A stretch of DNA of 64,000 nt from Coleofasciculus sp. B1-GNL1-01 (GCA_040220235.1 JAVJTO010000063.1); one strand, 5' to 3'; numbered from the stretch's first letter, positions 1-11,736 are shown. Translations and numbers: made by a program. Notes: generated by a model not told the origin, from the sequence alone.

Positions 1-1570
<1,570 letters not shown>

Positions 1571-1647
1571 CGCGGTTTCTCTGGCAGATGCTATGGGGCG
1601 GGTCAATTATACGGCATTTCTGCGCGATCGCACGCCCTAAAACGAGC

Positions 1648-1678
1648 AAAAAAAGAGGAGGAAACCGATGTCCTCCCC
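1648..1678 (-). terminator. Rho-independent terminator downstream of the DUF1830 gene
   Basis: The minus strand reads GGGGAGGA-CATCGGTT-TCCTCCTC-TTTTTTT (stem-loop with one G-U pair, then a U-tract). Confidence 0.65.
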
Positions 1679-1771
1679 AGTCCTTATCTATTGTGGCAAC
1701 ATGAGTTTCAAACAATGTTAAGTTTTGTTTGAGAACCTATACCAATGTGCCTTCTTTATGCTATTTCTTTC

Positions 1772-2053
1772 TTAAGCTGATAGCCGAGGCTGATCAACGT
1801 CAACCTGTAACTGGCGACAGGGGATTTTTTCAATCTTGATCGCTTGACCCAGATAAGTTGATAAAACTTCGAGTTGAGCATCCGATGCCGCTTCAAACAA
1901 CAGGCGATCGCCGGGAAACACAACACGCTCAAAACTGTAAGCGCTAGGGTTACCAATCCGAATCACTTGCAGTGAGCTAGTTGTGTTGGCATAGCTACAA
2001 AGACGTTGAGCAGAAGCACTCGTCGGTTGTGAAGGAATGGCTGATATCATCAT
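1772..2053 (-). CDS. DUF1830-family small cyanobacterial protein
   Basis: 93 aa; the pattern LCSYANTTSSLQVIRI...FERVVFPGDRLLFEA...AQLEV is typical of DUF1830. Confidence 0.8.
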   Translation of the reverse strand: MMISAIPSQPTSASAQRLCSYANTTSSLQVIRIGNPSAYSFERVVFPGDRLLFEAASDAQLEVLSTYLGQAIKIEKIPCRQLQVDVDQPRLSA

Positions 2054-2452
2054 GATGGGTCTTAGGTGTTCTTGAGTAACAAAGCGAAGGTGATTGACTC
2101 CCTCTATTTTAATTTTTACAAATTAGAGTTTAAGTTTACTAAAAACAATTGTTAAATTTACACTAAATTTTATATTTGTTGACAAAATTAAATACAAAGG
2201 GTATTGACATTTAACCTGTCAAACCCTCAGAAGCGACGAAGGATAAGCGGTTTATCATTAAACCACCTTAGTGGAATTTTGGCAACCGGAAAGCGAGAAC
2301 GGGAAACAGCCAACAGGCTATTTAATTTAAACGAATCTTCGTTCAGTCATTTTTTAGTAACATACTTATACAATTTGTCGGCAAAATCAGAGGGGATTTA
2401 TCTCCGGCGACTCTGAGATGAGAACGATTCAGACTGATATCACTTAAAAATG

Positions 2453-2998
2453 TTATGATACGCCCCGCAGTTTACGAGAATGATCCACTAAACTCTCCGC
2501 AAACTGATCTAAACGCTTTGAGAGTTTCTCATCTAAAAGCTTGCCATCCTCGCCAAAGGCTTGCCAAGCTCGACCAAAAGCAATTTGCTCTGGAATCACC
2601 CAACCATGAACCCAACGGATAATCAGCCGGAGTTCATTGAGGGCATTACTATTGGCTTGACCGCCTAAAACACTGAGCAGCCCTGTTACCTTACCCGATA
2701 AATGGTCAAATGTCATCAAATCTAGGGCATTTTTGAGTACCCCACTCACGCCCCCATGATATTCCGGTGTAACCAAAATTAAGCCATCAGCGTCCTGTAC
2801 CGTTTCCCGTAATCGGATCACATCAGGATAACCGGGATAGTCATCGCTACCGATACAAAAGGGTAACTGCATCTGTCGCAGGTCAAGAATTTCTGTGGAT
2901 GCGCCCAAGGCTTGTACACGCTGAATGGCTAAGGTTAAAGCTTGATAACTATAGGATTTAGCTCGCAGGCTACCATTAATGCCAACAATTTTTACCAT
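2453..2998 (-). CDS. NADPH-dependent FMN reductase (flavodoxin-like fold)
   Basis: MVKIVGINGSLRAKSYS, ADGLILVTPEYHGGVSGVLKNALD. Start moved to the ATG at 2998 because the track's 5' extension is not family-like. Confidence 0.9.
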   Translation of the reverse strand: MVKIVGINGSLRAKSYSYQALTLAIQRVQALGASTEILDLRQMQLPFCIGSDDYPGYPDVIRLRETVQDADGLILVTPEYHGGVSGVLKNALDLMTFDHLSGKVTGLLSVLGGQANSNALNELRLIIRWVHGWVIPEQIAFGRAWQAFGEDGKLLDEKLSKRLDQFAESLVDHSRKLRGVS

Positions 2999-3203
2999 GT
3001 CTTGCCGATGAATACTTTCTAATACAAAATACCTTAGTTCCCTGGTTCCTGACATCCCACACCCCACACGCCACACCCTGCCTACTCCTTCACTTTTCCG
3101 AAAACACGATTGCATCCTCTCCTAGCCACGGCTAGATTGGAGGAACGCTAAACTAGAGGTTGGTAAAGCAGTTGAACGTGCCGCGTCACGCCTTGGCAGC
3201 ATA

Positions 3204-5273
3204 ATGCTGCGAGTTAATAGACAGGACCAACAAGGGAAATTTTGGATGAACAACAGTTCCTGGATGAGATCATGGATGGGACAAGAACCGCGTAGAGGTT
3301 CAACAAGGAAGCCAAAACCGCCACAGAATAAACTCCGGTATTGGTGGCGTATGGTAACCAGTTTAGTGATCGTTCAAGGTGTGATGCTGGGTGTCCCTGC
3401 CCAAGCGCAACAAACGGAGCAAAAGCCATCGTTAAGCTATGGGCAGCTTTTGCGGCAAATTGATGCCTGCACGCCGCCACCCTCATCCCCAGACGAAGAG
3501 AACCCACCGAGTCAGACATCGAAAACGGATTGTGATATCGAAAAAGTTGAACTAGACCCCGCCCGTGATGTTGCCAGAGTCTACTTAGTCGGACAGGAAG
3601 ACGCCGAACCTCCTCAAGAGATCATGCTACTGGAGCAAAATGGCGAACTGATTGGCAAATTGCGGAACACCAATATTCCCTTGGATGTGACACCAACCAC
3701 GAATAATTCCGCCGCTGTAGGGTTGGTGATGCAGTTATTTTTGCTCTTACTCTTGCTCGCCGGACTGATGATGATTCTGCGCCGTTCGGCGAGTAGTTCC
3801 GGTCAAGCGTTAAACTTTGGCAAATCTCGCGCTCGCTTTCAGATGGAAGCGAAAACAGGGATACAGTTTGGGGATGTGGCGGGGATTGAAGAAGCGAAAG
3901 AAGAATTGCAAGAAGTTGTCACATTTCTCAAACAACCGGAACGGTTTACCGCCATCGGTGCGCGTATTCCCAAAGGGGTGCTGTTAGTCGGTCCTCCGGG
4001 TACAGGGAAAACGCTGCTGGCAAAAGCGATCGCGGGAGAAGCGGGAGTTCCGTTCTTTAGCATTTCGGGCAGTGAGTTTGTGGAGATGTTCGTCGGGGTA
4101 GGTGCCTCGCGAGTGCGGGATTTATTCAAAAAAGCCAAAGAAAATGCTCCCTGCTTAATCTTCATCGACGAAATTGATGCCGTGGGCAGACAACGGGGTG
4201 CGGGTATCGGTGGGGGTAACGATGAGCGAGAGCAAACCCTCAATCAGTTGCTCACAGAAATGGATGGATTTGAGGGAAATACGGGGATTATCATTATTGC
4301 GGCGACCAACCGTCCCGATGTCTTAGATTCCGCCCTGCTTAGACCGGGGCGATTTGATCGCCATGTTATGGTCGATCTACCCACCTATAACGGACGGCTG
4401 GGGATCTTGGATGTCCATAGTCGGAATAAGAAATTAGCACCAGAGATATCCTTAGAAGCGATCGCCCGACGCACTCCGGGATTTTCGGGCGCGGATTTGG
4501 CGAACCTACTTAACGAGGCGGCGATCCTCACCGCCCGACGGCGTAAAGAGGCAATCACACCTCTAGAAATTGATGATGCCATTGATCGGGTGAGCATTGG
4601 TCTGCAAATGACGCCGCTTCTGGATAGTAAGAAGAAGCGATTAATTGCTTACCATGAGGTTGGACATGCTTTGCTGATGACCATCCTGAAAAATTCTGAT
4701 CCCTTAAATAAGGTGACAATTTTGCCCCGTTCCGGTGGTGTGGGTGGGTTTGCCCAACCCTTACCCAATGAGGAATTTATGGATATCAGTCGCTCTACGG
4801 ATCTGGGTGATTTGTACTTGCCCCGGACGTGGCTGATTGATCAGATTACCATCGCTTTAGGGGGGCGGGCGTCGGAAGAAGAAGTCTTTGGTCATAGTGA
4901 AGTGACTATTGGTGCCGCCAGTGATATTAAGAAAGTGGCAGAACTGGCGCGTGAGATGGTGACTCGCTACGGAATGTCTGATTTAGGTCCGGTTGCTCTG
5001 GAACGCCCGGATAGCGAAGTGTTTCTCGGCGGTGGTTGGACACAGCGATCGGACTATTCCGAAGAAGTTGCCGCTAAAATCGATCATCGAGTTCAAGCGA
5101 TCGCGATGCAATGCTATGAACAAGCGCGTCAGCTAATTCGCGACAATCGACCGTTGATTGATCGCTTAGTGGACATTTTGTTGGAACAGGAAACCATTGA
5201 AGGGGAGCAATTCCGACAAATTGTTGCCGAACACACCCAACTGCCAGAAAAACAAATGGCGGTGATACATTAG
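3204..5273 (+). CDS. ftsH: ATP-dependent zinc metalloprotease FtsH
   Basis: Two hydrophobic N-terminal segments, Walker A GPPGTGKT, Walker [22 protein letters not shown], zinc motif HEVGH. The true start may lie downstream of 3204. Confidence 0.96.
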   Translation: MLRVNRQDQQGKFWMNNSSWMRSWMGQEPRRGSTRKPKPPQNKLRYWWRMVTSLVIVQGVMLGVPAQAQQTEQKPSLSYGQLLRQIDACTPPPSSPDEENPPSQTSKTDCDIEKVELDPARDVARVYLVGQEDAEPPQEIMLLEQNGELIGKLRNTNIPLDVTPTTNNSAAVGLVMQLFLLLLLLAGLMMILRRSASSSGQALNFGKSRARFQMEAKTGIQFGDVAGIEEAKEELQEVVTFLKQPERFTAIGARIPKGVLLVGPPGTGKTLLAKAIAGEAGVPFFSISGSEFVEMFVGVGASRVRDLFKKAKENAPCLIFIDEIDAVGRQRGAGIGGGNDEREQTLNQLLTEMDGFEGNTGIIIIAATNRPDVLDSALLRPGRFDRHVMVDLPTYNGRLGILDVHSRNKKLAPEISLEAIARRTPGFSGADLANLLNEAAILTARRRKEAITPLEIDDAIDRVSIGLQMTPLLDSKKKRLIAYHEVGHALLMTILKNSDPLNKVTILPRSGGVGGFAQPLPNEEFMDISRSTDLGDLYLPRTWLIDQITIALGGRASEEEVFGHSEVTIGAASDIKKVAELAREMVTRYGMSDLGPVALERPDSEVFLGGGWTQRSDYSEEVAAKIDHRVQAIAMQCYEQARQLIRDNRPLIDRLVDILLEQETIEGEQFRQIVAEHTQLPEKQMAVIH

Positions 5274-5372
5274 GAAGGCAAAAAGGAAAGCAGAAGGCAG
5301 AAGGCTGTAAGGTTGATGTCTTATGCTTTTTCGTCTAAGTAGGTTGGTGGAAATAAACTTAACTAGATTAAA

Positions 5373-5672
5373 TAAGCTGTTCGGCGTTTAAACCTTAATG
5401 TCAAGCATGGCAAAATCCTTGTAGTGCGAGCATCTTGCTCGCTACTAATTCCCAATTTACAGCGCTTTTCACGTTTACAGCGTTTTCCATGCTGGTGAGG
5501 TACATTGAGAATAAGACTTTTGCACTCACAGAGGCTAACCTCGTCTTGTTACTGTACCTCACTAGACTGAGAAATGCTGTATGGAATACAAAATTGTATC
5601 GGCTTGCTTTTCAGCGCAATGATCGTCTGTAGTCTACTAACTTGAAAACTGCTGTAAATGCATGACAGTTTA
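5373..5672. mobile_element. Three nested MITE-like elements (outer 5373-5672, middle 5460-5654, inner 5478-5579)
   Basis: The middle and inner elements have CAGC...GCTG terminal inverted repeats, each flanked by TA. An uninterrupted copy of the outer element lies at 32273-32362 in reverse orientation with a single TA at the insertion point. Confidence 0.8.
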
Positions 5673-5746
5673 CAGATTGAGGTATATCTTCAGCAAAAGA
5701 AATACCCGCCTGGTTCAATTTTTGCTGACTCGGTTGGGAAATTCGG

Positions 5747-8080
5747 TTAGTGCTGACACGTCGCTAGGGAAACCACTGAATCCGGGAAGCGACGACTTAA
5801 TACGGGTAACACAGGACAAGGCTTTTTTATCTGCAAATTATCTGAAGCTTGTCCACTGAAGGTATTCCAGCGAAAGGGTCCTTTTTGTGCCGCCGACATC
5901 CATAAAAGTCGTTTAGCGCGGGTCATGGCAACATATAATAACCGATATTCTTCGGCGGTTTTGAGTTGTCCCGCTTTCTCCCAGGCTTCTAAGGCTGTGG
6001 GTAGGGGGTGTTCGTGCAAACTGGCGCGAATTTGCGCCCGGGCGACTTCAGCTAAGGTGAAATCGCCTAAGAATTGGGCGGCGGTGGGTACCCAAGGATT
6101 ACCGGGAATGGTGTCTTCGTGGAGAAAGGGGAGAAATACGTAGTCCCAATCTAAGCCTTTGGCTTTGTGCATGGTGATGATGGTGAGTTGACGGTGACGT
6201 AGATAGCGAGAGTCTGCGTTGTCGGTTTCGACGGGTTCAAATCGTTCCGAGGAGACAATTTCACTTAAGGCGGCTAAGGTAGCAGGCATGGCGCTGCTAC
6301 TATAGGTTTGTTTGACCACTCGTTCCGCTAATTTATCGGCTGTGGCGAGTTCTGATTGGTCGTATTTTAAGGTGAGGGCTAAGAAGGAAATAAGCTGATA
6401 ATGGGGTAATTCTAGACGCGCCCGTAAGAGACTACGACAATATCTGGCGGCTTGACTGACTCCAGGGGATTGAGTGGGGTCAAGGGGTCCAGGATAGAGG
6501 AATTGTTCGGGATAGGTGGCGAGGGCGTTTAAGTCTTGGGTGGGAATCAGTTGGCGTTTAACCAGAACGTCTAATGCGGCTTTTAGGTAGTCGGGAGAAT
6601 GGGGACGGTCGATAAATTGCAATAATGCCAGTATTTCAATGGGAATGTGGGAATGGCGATCGCTCCCTTGCACATCATACACGTCAATCCCATGCTGGCG
6701 TTTGAGATAGTCGAGTTTCTGGGCGATAAAATTACCTTGGCGATTTTCCCGGACTAAGACGGCGGCGTTATGGTCTGGGTTGCGGGTAAATAGGTCTATT
6801 ACTCGTTGTCCCAACAATTCTACCGTTTGATAAATATCACTGGGTTGATAGATTTCTAACCCTCTCCCCTCTGGCTGGGGATTGGCGTCAGTTTGGGGGT
6901 CATCGGGGGGTACGGGGTGGATGGTTTGGGGACGAAAGGGACGAGTGGATTCATCCTGGTTTTGCGTATAGGTTTGATTCACCCAATTGAGGATAAAATT
7001 AGCCGCATTAATAATAATCGGTGTACTACGACCCGCTTGATCCATGGTAGCTAGGCGCTGTTGTTCCTGGCATTGGGTACAAAAGCGATTAAAATAAATG
7101 GGGTCAGCGGGAGTAAAGGTGGAGTTAATCGCTTGATTTGGGTCACCCACCCGGATTAAATTGAGGGGACTGTAAGGATTACTGGGATCAGCGGCTAGGG
7201 TTTGTAATAAGCGATATTGGAGGGGACTCGAATCCTGTGCCTCGTCTTCAAAGACGGCAAAGAATTGCCTCTGCCACAGTTGACGCACGGTGTTATCGTC
7301 TAGCACTCGCAACGCTGCCAGAATCATATCATCATAATCAATAAAGTCTCGCGATCGCGTCACTCGTTGATACTGTTCGTATAATCCGGCTGCGATCGCT
7401 AATATGTCATAAGGGTCATTGGTTTGTTGACTGATTACCCATAAGTCTTCCGGTAATAATCCCGAACTTTTGGCTTCGTGAATCACGGTATAGGCTAAAG
7501 ACGGTAACACTTCGGTTCGCAATACCGATTGTCGCCGCAATCGTTCCGTTTCTTCCCCATCAAAACTAACTCCTTCCAATAAAGTAGAATAGCGGCGCGG
7601 ATTCGAGGCAATCCACTGTTCTACACAAGCGCGAATTAGGCGGTGGCTTTGATTCGGGGTGACAACGGTTAGTGTATCTAAATTAATCCCCGATAAATCC
7701 GGATGGCGGTTGGCAATATTGAGGGCTAATCCATGCAGCGTATAGACGACAAAACTATTTTGGGGTAAGCGTAGCGGTTTGAGGTACTCGCGAATTTTGC
7801 CCTTAATTGAAGCCGCCGCCGATCGCGTAAACGTAACCACGACTAATTGTCGTTTACCATGAAGTTGATATCGTGCGATCGCAATAGCCGCCGCAACAGC
7901 CATTCCCGTAGACTTCCCCGCACCCGGTACCGCTGACACCGCCAGAGAACCCCCCTGCCAATCTGCCATCGGTTGTTGTCCCTGACGTAAGCTATTCCGC
8001 AGGCGTTGCAATTCCTGTTCCCTGAAAGCAGTGAGGGACAGTTGTACAGTATTTTGACTGGTGTTGGAATGATCTGGCAT
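5747..8080 (-). CDS. UvrD/REP-family (SF1A) ATP-dependent helicase
   Basis: AVPGAGKS (motif I), FEDEAQD (II), VGDPNQAI (III), TMHKAKGLDWD (V), EEYRLLYVAMTRAK (VI). Confidence 0.92.
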   Translation of the reverse strand: MPDHSNTSQNTVQLSLTAFREQELQRLRNSLRQGQQPMADWQGGSLAVSAVPGAGKSTGMAVAAAIAIARYQLHGKRQLVVVTFTRSAAASIKGKIREYLKPLRLPQNSFVVYTLHGLALNIANRHPDLSGINLDTLTVVTPNQSHRLIRACVEQWIASNPRRYSTLLEGVSFDGEETERLRRQSVLRTEVLPSLAYTVIHEAKSSGLLPEDLWVISQQTNDPYDILAIAAGLYEQYQRVTRSRDFIDYDDMILAALRVLDDNTVRQLWQRQFFAVFEDEAQDSSPLQYRLLQTLAADPSNPYSPLNLIRVGDPNQAINSTFTPADPIYFNRFCTQCQEQQRLATMDQAGRSTPIIINAANFILNWVNQTYTQNQDESTRPFRPQTIHPVPPDDPQTDANPQPEGRGLEIYQPSDIYQTVELLGQRVIDLFTRNPDHNAAVLVRENRQGNFIAQKLDYLKRQHGIDVYDVQGSDRHSHIPIEILALLQFIDRPHSPDYLKAALDVLVKRQLIPTQDLNALATYPEQFLYPGPLDPTQSPGVSQAARYCRSLLRARLELPHYQLISFLALTLKYDQSELATADKLAERVVKQTYSSSAMPATLAALSEIVSSERFEPVETDNADSRYLRHRQLTIITMHKAKGLDWDYVFLPFLHEDTIPGNPWVPTAAQFLGDFTLAEVARAQIRASLHEHPLPTALEAWEKAGQLKTAEEYRLLYVAMTRAKRLLWMSAAQKGPFRWNTFSGQASDNLQIKKPCPVLPVLSRRFPDSVVSLATCQH

Positions 8081-8287
8081 TGTTTCGGGGAAACGTGATC
8101 AGGATTGAATATTTTTATCGCTTTCTTGTCACTCTGGGAAAAGAACCGTCAAAGCTGATTGCTGAAAGCCATGATTACTAGGCATTGGGACGTTGAGAAA
8201 CTGATAGAAATTCATGTTTTAGGGGAGAATTGCCAAACTCTATCATAGTAAGGGTATTATGCTTGGCTCTTCCGAAAGTGACAATAA

Positions 8288-8378
8288 TAGGACTTACGCA
8301 AAGGCTCTATATGTAGGGTGTGTTAGCGTAGCGTAACGCACCATTGCCATTATAGTTGGCGTAGCTGCGTAAGTTCTG
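8288..8378. mobile_element. MITE-like element with AGGACTTACGCA...TGCGTAAGTTCT termini and an internal GTAG REP
   Basis: Terminal inverted repeats are visible. A partial reverse-complement copy lies at about 41687-41742 (GGTGCGTTACGCTTCGCTAACACACCCTACATATAGAGCTTTTGCGTAAGTCCTA). Confidence 0.65.
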
Positions 8379-8443
8379 AATAAGAGCGTTAGTCTACAGG
8401 CTTTAGTCAGTAACAGTCTAGTAATTCCGAGGAGACAGATGAA

Positions 8444-8764
8444 ATGACCTTTGCCGAATCCCGCAGTGACACGGTTCCAGTTGAGCTTCCCAATGGGGCG
8501 ATCGCTTTCTTTGAGGTGACAACCACGGGGCGAGAGGATGTCAGCTTTGACTCAAAGCAGTTTCAGCCTGTCGCTGATGCAATTGAAGGTGTGGTTCAGA
8601 TGATAGCTACACCCCTGAAAAAAGTCAAACCCAAGAAGGCGACGGTAAAATTTGGCATGGAAATGGCAATCGAGTCTGGACAATTGACAGCGGTAATTGT
8701 CAAAGGATCGGGTAAAGCGAATCTGGAAATTACGTTGGAATGGGAAGCTCAATCTAAAGCTTAA
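8444..8764 (+). CDS. Trypco1 / CU044_2847-like small trypsin-co-occurring protein
   Basis: 106 aa with VELPNG, GREDVS, P-KK-ATVKFGMEMAIESGQL...GSGKANLEITLEW. It has a GGAG RBS and lies 3 nt upstream of a trypsin-domain gene. Confidence 0.75.
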   Translation: MTFAESRSDTVPVELPNGAIAFFEVTTTGREDVSFDSKQFQPVADAIEGVVQMIATPLKKVKPKKATVKFGMEMAIESGQLTAVIVKGSGKANLEITLEWEAQSKA

Positions 8765-8767
8765 ATA

Positions 8768-11329
8768 ATGAGTCGCGTCGAGGATCTGCTGGAACAATGT
8801 ACGGTGAAGCTTTCCCTTCCTGGTCAAATGGGTTGGGGTACAGGCTTTTTTGTGGCTCCAGAATGGATTCTCACTTGCGCTCATGTGGTAAGAGCGAAGG
8901 GTGAACCTGTTCAAGTCTGGTGGCAAAAGCAGGAGAATTGGTCAGAGGCGGTGGTAGAGGACTTGTTCCCTAACCCTTATGATTTAGCGCTGTTGCGGGT
9001 GACGCTTCCTACTGATGCCAATCCGCCTTGTGTGTATTTGGATGAGGCGATTCAATCCCGCGATCCGCTCTATCTATTTGGCTATCCTGATCAAGATTTT
9101 GACAATGGCTGTCCGGTGACATTGAACTGTGAAGGGTTAACCGGGGATGAACCAGAGTTAATTAAGTTGGCTTTGGGACAGGTGCGACCAGGGATGAGTG
9201 GCGCACCGTTGCTGAATCAGCGAACGGGTAAGGTTTGTGGGATGGTTAAGTTTACCCGCGATCGCTCTTTCGATTTGGGGGGTGGAGCCGTGCCAACTGC
9301 CACGATTCTGGAAAAGTTTCCCCAATTGCGAGAGTTTCAGGAGCAGTTTCATCAACGCGATCGCCGCTGGCGGGATTTAGAACGCGATCGCCGCCCGATA
9401 AATCCAGAACAAAAACCGCCCCTAACTCGCCAAGAATACCGCAATCGTCAGGCATTACTGACAAAAGTAAACAACTTTTGGGTCAAAGGTGTTCTGGAAA
9501 AATCTCTCTATAATCAGGTGATAATTGAGTTGGGGTTGGAGGAACACGCTAATGCTGTCGTTTCTTCCTGGAACATGGAATTAGAAACAACTGAGGCGAC
9601 ACAAAAACCTTTACCCAAAGGAACTAAAGTTATTTCTATCTTTGACCAGTTGGGTGAGGGACGAACACTGTTGATTCTAGGAGAACCTGGAGCGGGGAAA
9701 ACTACCAGCTTACTGGAACTAACCCGTGATTTAGTTAACCGCTCCGAACAGGGTCTAGATTACCGCATTCCTGTCGTATTTAACTTATCCTCTTGGGCGG
9801 GTAAAAAGCAGACGATTGCGGATTGGCTCGTGGGGGAACTCAACAGCAAGTATCAAATACCTAAGTCAATTGGGCAGGACTGGGTAAAAAAACAGGAACT
9901 TCTGCTGCTGCTGGATGGTTTGGATGAAGTGGACGCAGAACAGCGGGATAGTTGTGTTGCGGCTTTGAATGATTTTCATCAAGATTATGCTCCAGAGATG
10001 GTCGTTTGTAGTCGGATTAAAGACTACTCAGCCCTCTCTAACCGTCTCAACTTTCAAAGTGCAATTTATTTAAAGTCACTCAAGAAAGAACAAGCGGTTC
10101 ACTACTTAGACAGTATAAAGGTTGATTTGACTGGGTTAAGAGCATTAATTGAAGAGGATAGGGCGTTGCAGGAGCTGGCGAAGTCACCATTAATGCTCAA
10201 TATTATGGTTCTAGCTTACAAGGGAGTAGCTGTTGAAGATTTGCCGAAAACTGAAGTTGTGGAAGAACGGCGTAATCAGCTATTTGATGCCTACATTGAG
10301 CAAATGTTTCATCGTCCTACTCGCGTTAAGGTTGAGCAACGATACTCGCCAGATCAATCCATACGTTGGCTTACTTGGCTAGCCCAAATATTAGTTCAGG
10401 AGTCACAGACCGTATTTTTAATTGAAAAAATACAACCAATAGGGTTAACAACTAAAGGCAATAAAATACTTTATGAGATTGGAATCTTCTTAATTGCTTG
10501 GCTGATTAGCTTCCTGATTTTTCGGCTATTTTTTGGACTGTTTTTTCTGTTTGATGGACTAAGTTACGGGCTGTTCGTAGGGCTAATTTATGAGCTATTA
10601 TTCAGTTCAATTAATGGACTTATATCTATGTGGAATAAAACAAAAATACAAACAGTAGAAACATTAATTTTTTATACAAAAGGCGTAAAAAAATCGCTGA
10701 AAAATGGACTGAAAAATGGACTGAAAAATGGGTTAAGTGTGGGGGGGCTTTTGGGGATGATTGTAACGCTGATTTATTGTCTGACTGAAAGTTTAATTTT
10801 TGGGGGCATTTTTGAGGTAATTGTAATGCTGATTTATGTGCTGATTTATGGGCTGATTTTGGGAGTAATTTATGGGCTGATTTTGGGAGTAATTTGTGGG
10901 CTGATTTTGGGAGTAATTTATGGGCTGATTAGTGGAATAAAAGGTTCGGCAATAGCGACAAAAACAATTCCCAACCAAGGTATTTATGAAACAGCCAAGA
11001 ATGCTGGGATTATTGGATTAATCAGTTGGCTGATTGTTGGGCTGATTGTTGGGCTAATTGCGCTGATTGTTGGGCGGATTTCTGAGCTGATTGTTGGGCT
11101 GATTGTTGGGCTGATTGCGCTGATTGCTGGAGGTGGTAAAGCTTGCATCCAACACTTCACTTTACGCCTCATCCTTTATCGTGATGGTTACATCCCCTGG
11201 AATTATGCCCGTTTTCTCGACTACGCCACCGATCGCATCTTCCTCCAAAAAGTTGGCGGTGGTTACATCTTCATCCACCGGATGTTAATGGAACACTTTG
11301 CCCAGATGGAATGCGATCGCTCTCGTTAA
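8768..11329 (+). CDS. Trypsin-like serine protease + NACHT (STAND) NTPase + C-terminal multi-pass membrane region
   Basis: Triad motifs GTGFFV..LTCAHVV, DLALL and GMSGAPL; Walker A GEPGAGKT; Walker B LLLLDGLDEV; Gly-rich TM repeats; C-terminal PWNYARFLDYATDRIFLQKVGGGYIFIHRMLMEHFA typical of cyanobacterial NACHT-TM proteins. Confidence 0.9.
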   Translation: MSRVEDLLEQCTVKLSLPGQMGWGTGFFVAPEWILTCAHVVRAKGEPVQVWWQKQENWSEAVVEDLFPNPYDLALLRVTLPTDANPPCVYLDEAIQSRDPLYLFGYPDQDFDNGCPVTLNCEGLTGDEPELIKLALGQVRPGMSGAPLLNQRTGKVCGMVKFTRDRSFDLGGGAVPTATILEKFPQLREFQEQFHQRDRRWRDLERDRRPINPEQKPPLTRQEYRNRQALLTKVNNFWVKGVLEKSLYNQVIIELGLEEHANAVVSSWNMELETTEATQKPLPKGTKVISIFDQLGEGRTLLILGEPGAGKTTSLLELTRDLVNRSEQGLDYRIPVVFNLSSWAGKKQTIADWLVGELNSKYQIPKSIGQDWVKKQELLLLLDGLDEVDAEQRDSCVAALNDFHQDYAPEMVVCSRIKDYSALSNRLNFQSAIYLKSLKKEQAVHYLDSIKVDLTGLRALIEEDRALQELAKSPLMLNIMVLAYKGVAVEDLPKTEVVEERRNQLFDAYIEQMFHRPTRVKVEQRYSPDQSIRWLTWLAQILVQESQTVFLIEKIQPIGLTTKGNKILYEIGIFLIAWLISFLIFRLFFGLFFLFDGLSYGLFVGLIYELLFSSINGLISMWNKTKIQTVETLIFYTKGVKKSLKNGLKNGLKNGLSVGGLLGMIVTLIYCLTESLIFGGIFEVIVMLIYVLIYGLILGVIYGLILGVICGLILGVIYGLISGIKGSAIATKTIPNQGIYETAKNAGIIGLISWLIVGLIVGLIALIVGRISELIVGLIVGLIALIAGGGKACIQHFTLRLILYRDGYIPWNYARFLDYATDRIFLQKVGGGYIFIHRMLMEHFAQMECDRSR

Positions 11330-11554
11330 ACACATACTCCGAAACGCTACACACCCACAGTAGAAAGCATTCTGGCGGATGAATGGAAAAGTGCGATCGC
11401 ACTCCCTACTGTCATTAAAAATACAGTAAAGTTTGGTGTTATCGCAAGAGGGTAAAGTCGCTGTACGACATGGCTAATAAAGTTCGGTTTAACGATAAAA
11501 ATAGTAATCCACTTCACTGATAGCAATCGCCATAGCGGTTGGAAACATCATTTA

Positions 11555-11583
11555 GTAGAGACGTTCCGGCGGAACGTCTCTAC
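11555..11583. repeat. GTAG-type REP palindrome GTAGAGACGTTCCGGCGGAACGTCTCTAC
   Basis: Perfect palindrome. Related copies at about 30414-30437, 50326-50353 and 56010-56038. Confidence 0.8.
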
Positions 11584-11736
11584 AACAGTTCGGAAAGTCC
11601 TAATCGATGTGTCTACGGCTATAAAATTTGCTGAGGGTGACAGAATTGGCAACAAATTTGGGCATACTCTGAATAGAGTGAGTCATATAGCAACAAAGGC
11701 AACGACACCAGCAATCCGGTTACAGATTACACGGCT

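Noticed and set aside
2357..2371. NtcA-like site
   Set aside because: Spacing is GTA-N9-TAC rather than N8.
2999..3115. N-terminal extension of the FMN reductase in the ORF track (similar extensions for TDO, PRC-barrel and EamA)
   Set aside because: Family-like sequence begins at downstream ATGs; the extensions look non-coding.
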